NCBI GenBank assembly: GCA_963818965.1
Contig: CAWFUG010000011.1
Span: 160,001-224,000, forward strand
Direction of reading: 5' to 3'
Source of the DNA: an uncultured Verrucomicrobiae bacterium
Lineage (GTDB): Bacteria; Chlamydiota; Chlamydiia; Chlamydiales; Rhabdochlamydiaceae
Length of the DNA stretch: 64,000 nt
Shown here in pieces: positions 60,036 through 64,000 of this stretch. A program made the translations under genes and the position numbers. The notes beneath the pieces were generated by a model. That model searched no databases. It saw only the letters and a program-made list of their open reading frames with translations, and had not been told where the DNA came from. The stretch's first letter is position 1. Every line of letters begins with the position of its first letter.

Positions 60036-61190
60036 ATGTCTGAGCATTCTAGAATTCCTCCGATCCAGATGGAGACGGCGAAGGCCCGTCAGGCTGCGAT
60101 GGAGCGTTCGATGATGAAGATGATGATCACTCAGGAAGTGAGCCAAGAAGGCTTTCAGGACTGGATCGATTCAGGGGTCTTCAATCCCACCTTGATGTCT
60201 CGCCGTTTTGAATCTCTAGAATCGAAGCGACGCCGCTCGAACAAAGAAGAAGAGGCGGAAAAAGCGGAGAAGAAGCAGAAAGAAGTCACACAAGTCGAAA
60301 GAATCGAAAAAACTGCGCAGGAGTTCCAAAGACAGAATAAAGAATTCCAAATTCAATCCCTTTTGATCTTGAGAGAGCGGATCAACCTCATGGATACAAA
60401 AGAGGAGATCCTGCGCAAAGTTCTGGAAATGTATCCCGACTACTCGCTTGCAGACGAGGCGCTCGATTTCCTTCTACAGACATCAGACGGAGAGCTGGCA
60501 GAGAAGGTCCGTCAGGCCAGAGCCGATCTCAATAAGACCTATGGAAGGGAAGTCAAAGCAGGGAAAAACATCGCCGAACAAGCGCGCGAGTTTTCTGAGA
60601 AGGGACTTGGGACTCCGACAGGGCTGCGCGATCTCTACCGAGAAGTGACGGGAAATCCACGCGATCCCAACACTCTCTTCAATGAGCTCACCCTCCAATT
60701 TACCTATGAAGACATGAAGACAGTGATCGAGTTTCTCCTTCATTCCCTCGGGGGTGATCTCAAATCAAAAGGACCTTCGATTGACCGGGGCGAACTCCAC
60801 CGACTCCTCTCTGAAACGCGCAAACTTCAGAGCATTTTAGCCCTTTTTGTTTTTTTCAAGTCGCGGATGAAACTGATCCAATCAGCCTTCCAGCGCAGTG
60901 ACCTCACTCTTCCAGTCGTCGTCACTTTCGAGCTCATGGCCAAACAATTCATGCGCATGGTCCAAGAGCGCTACCCCTCTGCGGATAAAATCATCCAGCT
61001 CGCCGTCCCGTTAAACATCCCTGAGGATGTCCTTGCGCAAATCATCCTCTTCACACAGATGCGCGATGCAATCCGTCAGACAGCTCCTCGGCTATTCAAA
61101 TCAGAACAACAAAAACAAGATCTACTCACCGCCTTTATCGATGCGATCGAAGAGCTCGATGAAAGTCTTGAGGAAGAAGAGGAAGAGTAG
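60036..61190 (+). CDS. copN: T3SS gatekeeper CopN/SctW
   Basis: DYSLADEALDFL, AGKNI, LRDLYR, DLKSKGPSI; synteny after sctV. Confidence 0.85.
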   Translation: MSEHSRIPPIQMETAKARQAAMERSMMKMMITQEVSQEGFQDWIDSGVFNPTLMSRRFESLESKRRRSNKEEEAEKAEKKQKEVTQVERIEKTAQEFQRQNKEFQIQSLLILRERINLMDTKEEILRKVLEMYPDYSLADEALDFLLQTSDGELAEKVRQARADLNKTYGREVKAGKNIAEQAREFSEKGLGTPTGLRDLYREVTGNPRDPNTLFNELTLQFTYEDMKTVIEFLLHSLGGDLKSKGPSIDRGELHRLLSETRKLQSILALFVFFKSRMKLIQSAFQRSDLTLPVVVTFELMAKQFMRMVQERYPSADKIIQLAVPLNIPEDVLAQIILFTQMRDAIRQTAPRLFKSEQQKQDLLTAFIDAIEELDESLEEEEEE

Positions 61191-61196
61191 GACACT

Positions 61197-61649
61197 ATGG
61201 AACGCTTTGCAACGCTTTTGGAAGAACTCGGCATAGAATTAGAGACGACGCTCCATCCCGATGTCAAAGGAGCGTGTCTTCTCGTCATCGATGAGAAAAG
61301 GCGCGTGCAACTCGAATGCCATCCCCAAAGAGATCGCCTGCTCATGGCGACATTTGTCTGTGAGACTCCAGCGGGAAGGTACCGAGAAAACATCTTAAAA
61401 GACGCACTGAAAGCCAATGCCCCTTTTCCTATCAATGGGAGCTTTGCCTATTCCGATCGCAATAACCAACTCGTCCTCTTTTCGTTCGTTCCCTTAGCGG
61501 GATTGACCGGGGCAAAACTAGCTCCTCTTTTAAGCGCATTTGCCGAAAAGGCCAATCAATGGGCAGCCGCGGTAAATTCGGGAACTACCGCAGATTTGAC
61601 CCCGAAATCGACAAAGAGAAGCGACTCGCTATTTAATTTAAAACCTTAA
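61197..61649 (+). CDS. scc1: SycE/CesT-type T3SS chaperone Scc1
   Basis: LHPDVKGACLL, GRYRENILKDALKAN; follows copN. Confidence 0.85.
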   Translation: MERFATLLEELGIELETTLHPDVKGACLLVIDEKRRVQLECHPQRDRLLMATFVCETPAGRYRENILKDALKANAPFPINGSFAYSDRNNQLVLFSFVPLAGLTGAKLAPLLSAFAEKANQWAAAVNSGTTADLTPKSTKRSDSLFNLKP

Positions 61650-61654
61650 AAATT

Positions 61655-63244
61655 GTGGAAAACCTTAAAAATAATCTCCTTGAGACACCCTCTGCCGCAG
61701 CTTGGAAAAAAATCGGGATACGGCCCCACCATGGGATCAACCTTCCCCTTTCCGCCTTGCACAGTAAAAACAGCTGTGGAATCGGCGAGTTTTTAGATCT
61801 TCTGCCCTTAATCGATTGGTGTGCAGAACTTAAGGTAGATGTGATTCAGCTTTTGCCCCTCAATCAATCGGGGCTAGATCCCAGTCCTTACATGCCCATT
61901 TCCTCCTGCGCACTCCACTTCGCCTACCTCTCTCTGCACGCTCTCCCTGGAACCCAACAGACACTAGAGCACATGCGCGCGCTTAACCAGACAGATCTCG
62001 TCTGCTATGCAGAAGTCGTCCGTCAAAAGCGGGACTGGCTTCTCGATTACGTAGGCCGTATGGGGGAACAAATTGCGAACCATCCCGATTATCAAGCCTT
62101 TACCCAAACTCAGGCTCATTGGTTAAAACCCTACACACTCTTTCAAGCGCTCTCTAACCATTTCCAAACAGCCGATTGGAAACGGTGGCCTCCCGAATTT
62201 CAAACACCGCTTCCTAATCCAGAGGAGCTCTATACGCAGCATCAAAAAGAGATCTTCTTCCATTCGATCCTCCAGTTCCTATGCTACTCTCAACTCAAAG
62301 AAGTCAAAGCCTATGCGCATCAAAAAAACGTCTTTCTCATGGGTGATATCCCTATCCTCGTCAATAAAGACAGCGCCGACGTGTGGGATACTCCCGAGTA
62401 TTTCGACCTAAATCTCGCAGCAGGTGCGCCTCCCGATGTCTATGAAAAAGAGGGACAATATTGGGGATTTCCCCTCTTCCGATGGGATGTGTTACGCAAA
62501 AACGACTATGACTTTTGGAAGAGACGGCTCGCTTACGCGGAAAACTTCTTCGACATCTTCCGGATCGACCACATCGTAGGTTTTTTTCGCGTTTGGGGGA
62601 TCCCCTTAGGCGAAAAACCGAAAAATGGGCACTTTATCCCAGAGGCTGAGGCAAAATGGGAACCACAAGGGCGGGAATTACTCTCGATGATCCTCTCTTC
62701 TACTAAAATGCTCGCCATCGGAGAAGATCTCGGTACGGTTTTGGGTTTCATGCGCGAGACGATGAGCGCGCTTGGCATCTGCGGCACCAAGATCATGCGT
62801 TGGGAGCGACAGTGGAGTACAAAAACACACCCCTTCCTAAAACCAGAAGAATACCCTTTGTTAGGCCTCACCTCCGTCTCGACCCACGATTCCCCTACCC
62901 TCTCCCTCTGGTGGACACAGTACCCCAAAGAAGCAAAGGCCTATGCTCATGAAAAGGGATGGATCTATGAAAAAGAGCTTACCCTCAAACAGAGAAAAGA
63001 GATCCTCTACGATAGTCACCATACGAAAAGCCTCTTTCACATCAATCTCCTCCAAGAATACCTCGCCCTCTTTCCCGAACTCATCCACGACACTCCAGAA
63101 AGAGAGAGGATCAATATCCCCGGCACTTTTCTCCCTTCCAACTGGGTCTATCGCTTCAAACCCAGTGTCGAAGAGATCGTCTCCCATCGCAGCCTATTCT
63201 CCTCTATCGAAACCATCCTCCACTCTTCTGAAGGTGCCCCATGA
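61655..63244 (+). CDS. malQ: 4-alpha-glucanotransferase
   Basis: IQLLPLN, SPY, GDIPI, GAPPD, QYWGFP, RIDHIVG, GEDLG, STHD. Confidence 0.95.
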   Translation: MENLKNNLLETPSAAAWKKIGIRPHHGINLPLSALHSKNSCGIGEFLDLLPLIDWCAELKVDVIQLLPLNQSGLDPSPYMPISSCALHFAYLSLHALPGTQQTLEHMRALNQTDLVCYAEVVRQKRDWLLDYVGRMGEQIANHPDYQAFTQTQAHWLKPYTLFQALSNHFQTADWKRWPPEFQTPLPNPEELYTQHQKEIFFHSILQFLCYSQLKEVKAYAHQKNVFLMGDIPILVNKDSADVWDTPEYFDLNLAAGAPPDVYEKEGQYWGFPLFRWDVLRKNDYDFWKRRLAYAENFFDIFRIDHIVGFFRVWGIPLGEKPKNGHFIPEAEAKWEPQGRELLSMILSSTKMLAIGEDLGTVLGFMRETMSALGICGTKIMRWERQWSTKTHPFLKPEEYPLLGLTSVSTHDSPTLSLWWTQYPKEAKAYAHEKGWIYEKELTLKQRKEILYDSHHTKSLFHINLLQEYLALFPELIHDTPERERINIPGTFLPSNWVYRFKPSVEEIVSHRSLFSSIETILHSSEGAP

Positions 63245-64000
63245 AAATCAGGAAACTCGGGAAATTCCTTTCCCTTCTCCTTCTCCTCACTACACCCCTC
63301 TCGCCCGCCTTTGCCGCGAAAAAAAAAACAATGCCCTCGTCTCAAGTCGAAGAATTATCCGCCCTCAAATCCCTCTACCATAGCTTAGATCCCCTCTCCA
63401 TCTCCCAACAGTTAGCATTCTATGAGCTCTATCCTGAAAGCAAGGAGGGGAAATTAGCTCTGCATCGAGCTTGGGAACTCTTGAGCTCAGGTGCAGTTGA
63501 CGACAGAGAAATCGATACGCCTATTCCTAAGCTCGAACTGCAAAGCATGGTCCCCTTAATTACCCGCCAATCGTTCGATCCTCCCATCAAGCTCACAGAA
63601 GAGCAACTGAGCTTAGTTGAAAAAATCGCAGAGCGGTTACACAACCGCCGCCTCAAAGGATACGCGGCGTGGACGCGAGAAGCCGTGCTGGATCTCCCCT
63701 CAGAAGAAATCGATCTCTCCCGAGGTCTACTTCTTTTTCAATTCGATACAGACAGTCCTCATACAGAAGAAATCCGCCATTATGAAGCACTATTGGATCT
63801 CATGGCTCTTCAAATCAGAGCCCGTCTTCCGCAAGTTCCAAGCGATGAAGACAAAATTCGGGAGATCAATCGGTTTATCTTTCACGAGATGCAATTCCGC
63901 TTTCCTCCCCACTCTCTTTACGCAAACGACATCGATCTCTACACCTTTCTCCCCTCGGTTATCGATAACAGACAAGGGGTCTGCTTGGGCGTCTCGATCC
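63241..64000 (+). CDS. secreted protein with transglutaminase-like (SirB1-type) domain, 5' part only (not in the ORF track)
   Basis: ATG overlaps the malQ stop; signal peptide MKIRKLGKFLSLLLLL..AFA; frame reads to FPPHSLY..FLPSVIDNRQGVCLGVSI at the window edge. Confidence 0.7.
   Translation, partial: MKIRKLGKFLSLLLLLTTPLSPAFAAKKKTMPSSQVEELSALKSLYHSLDPLSISQQLAFYELYPESKEGKLALHRAWELLSSGAVDDREIDTPIPKLELQSMVPLITRQSFDPPIKLTEEQLSLVEKIAERLHNRRLKGYAAWTREAVLDLPSEEIDLSRGLLLFQFDTDSPHTEEIRHYEALLDLMALQIRARLPQVPSDEDKIREINRFIFHEMQFRFPPHSLYANDIDLYTFLPSVIDNRQGVCLGVSI

Overview
Chromosomal segment of an environmental Chlamydiae (Chlamydiota) bacterium, judged from the chlamydial gene orders rpsA-nusA-infB-rbfA-truB-ribF-ychF, efp-accB-accC and sctU-sctV-copN-scc1-malQ. 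Main accessory features: (1) An apparently intact ~11.1 kb element integrated in tRNA-Tyr, with a 53-bp att duplication and arm-type repeats. It carries a tyrosine integrase, a degenerate integrase-like protein, an Xis-like protein, a RepB-type primase/DUF3987 helicase, an SF2 helicase, an HGGxSTG module and cargo, plus a 22-bp iteron-like motif written into two of its coding sequences. It looks like a phage satellite or self-replicating island with no capsid, relaxase or conjugation genes. (2) At least three families of palindromic miniature elements, one copy inserted in frame (+56 codons) in the signal peptide of an FAD oxidoreductase. (3) Candidate T3SS effectors near the T3SS operon: two F-box-like/WD40 proteins with bipartite NLS, F-box-like/TPR proteins and a Tgl-like protein. 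(4) An IF2 with 19 YPPR repeats. Several +1 frameshifts, three of them in rpsA, suggest indel errors in the assembly. All family calls come from motif recognition by eye, not from database searches.
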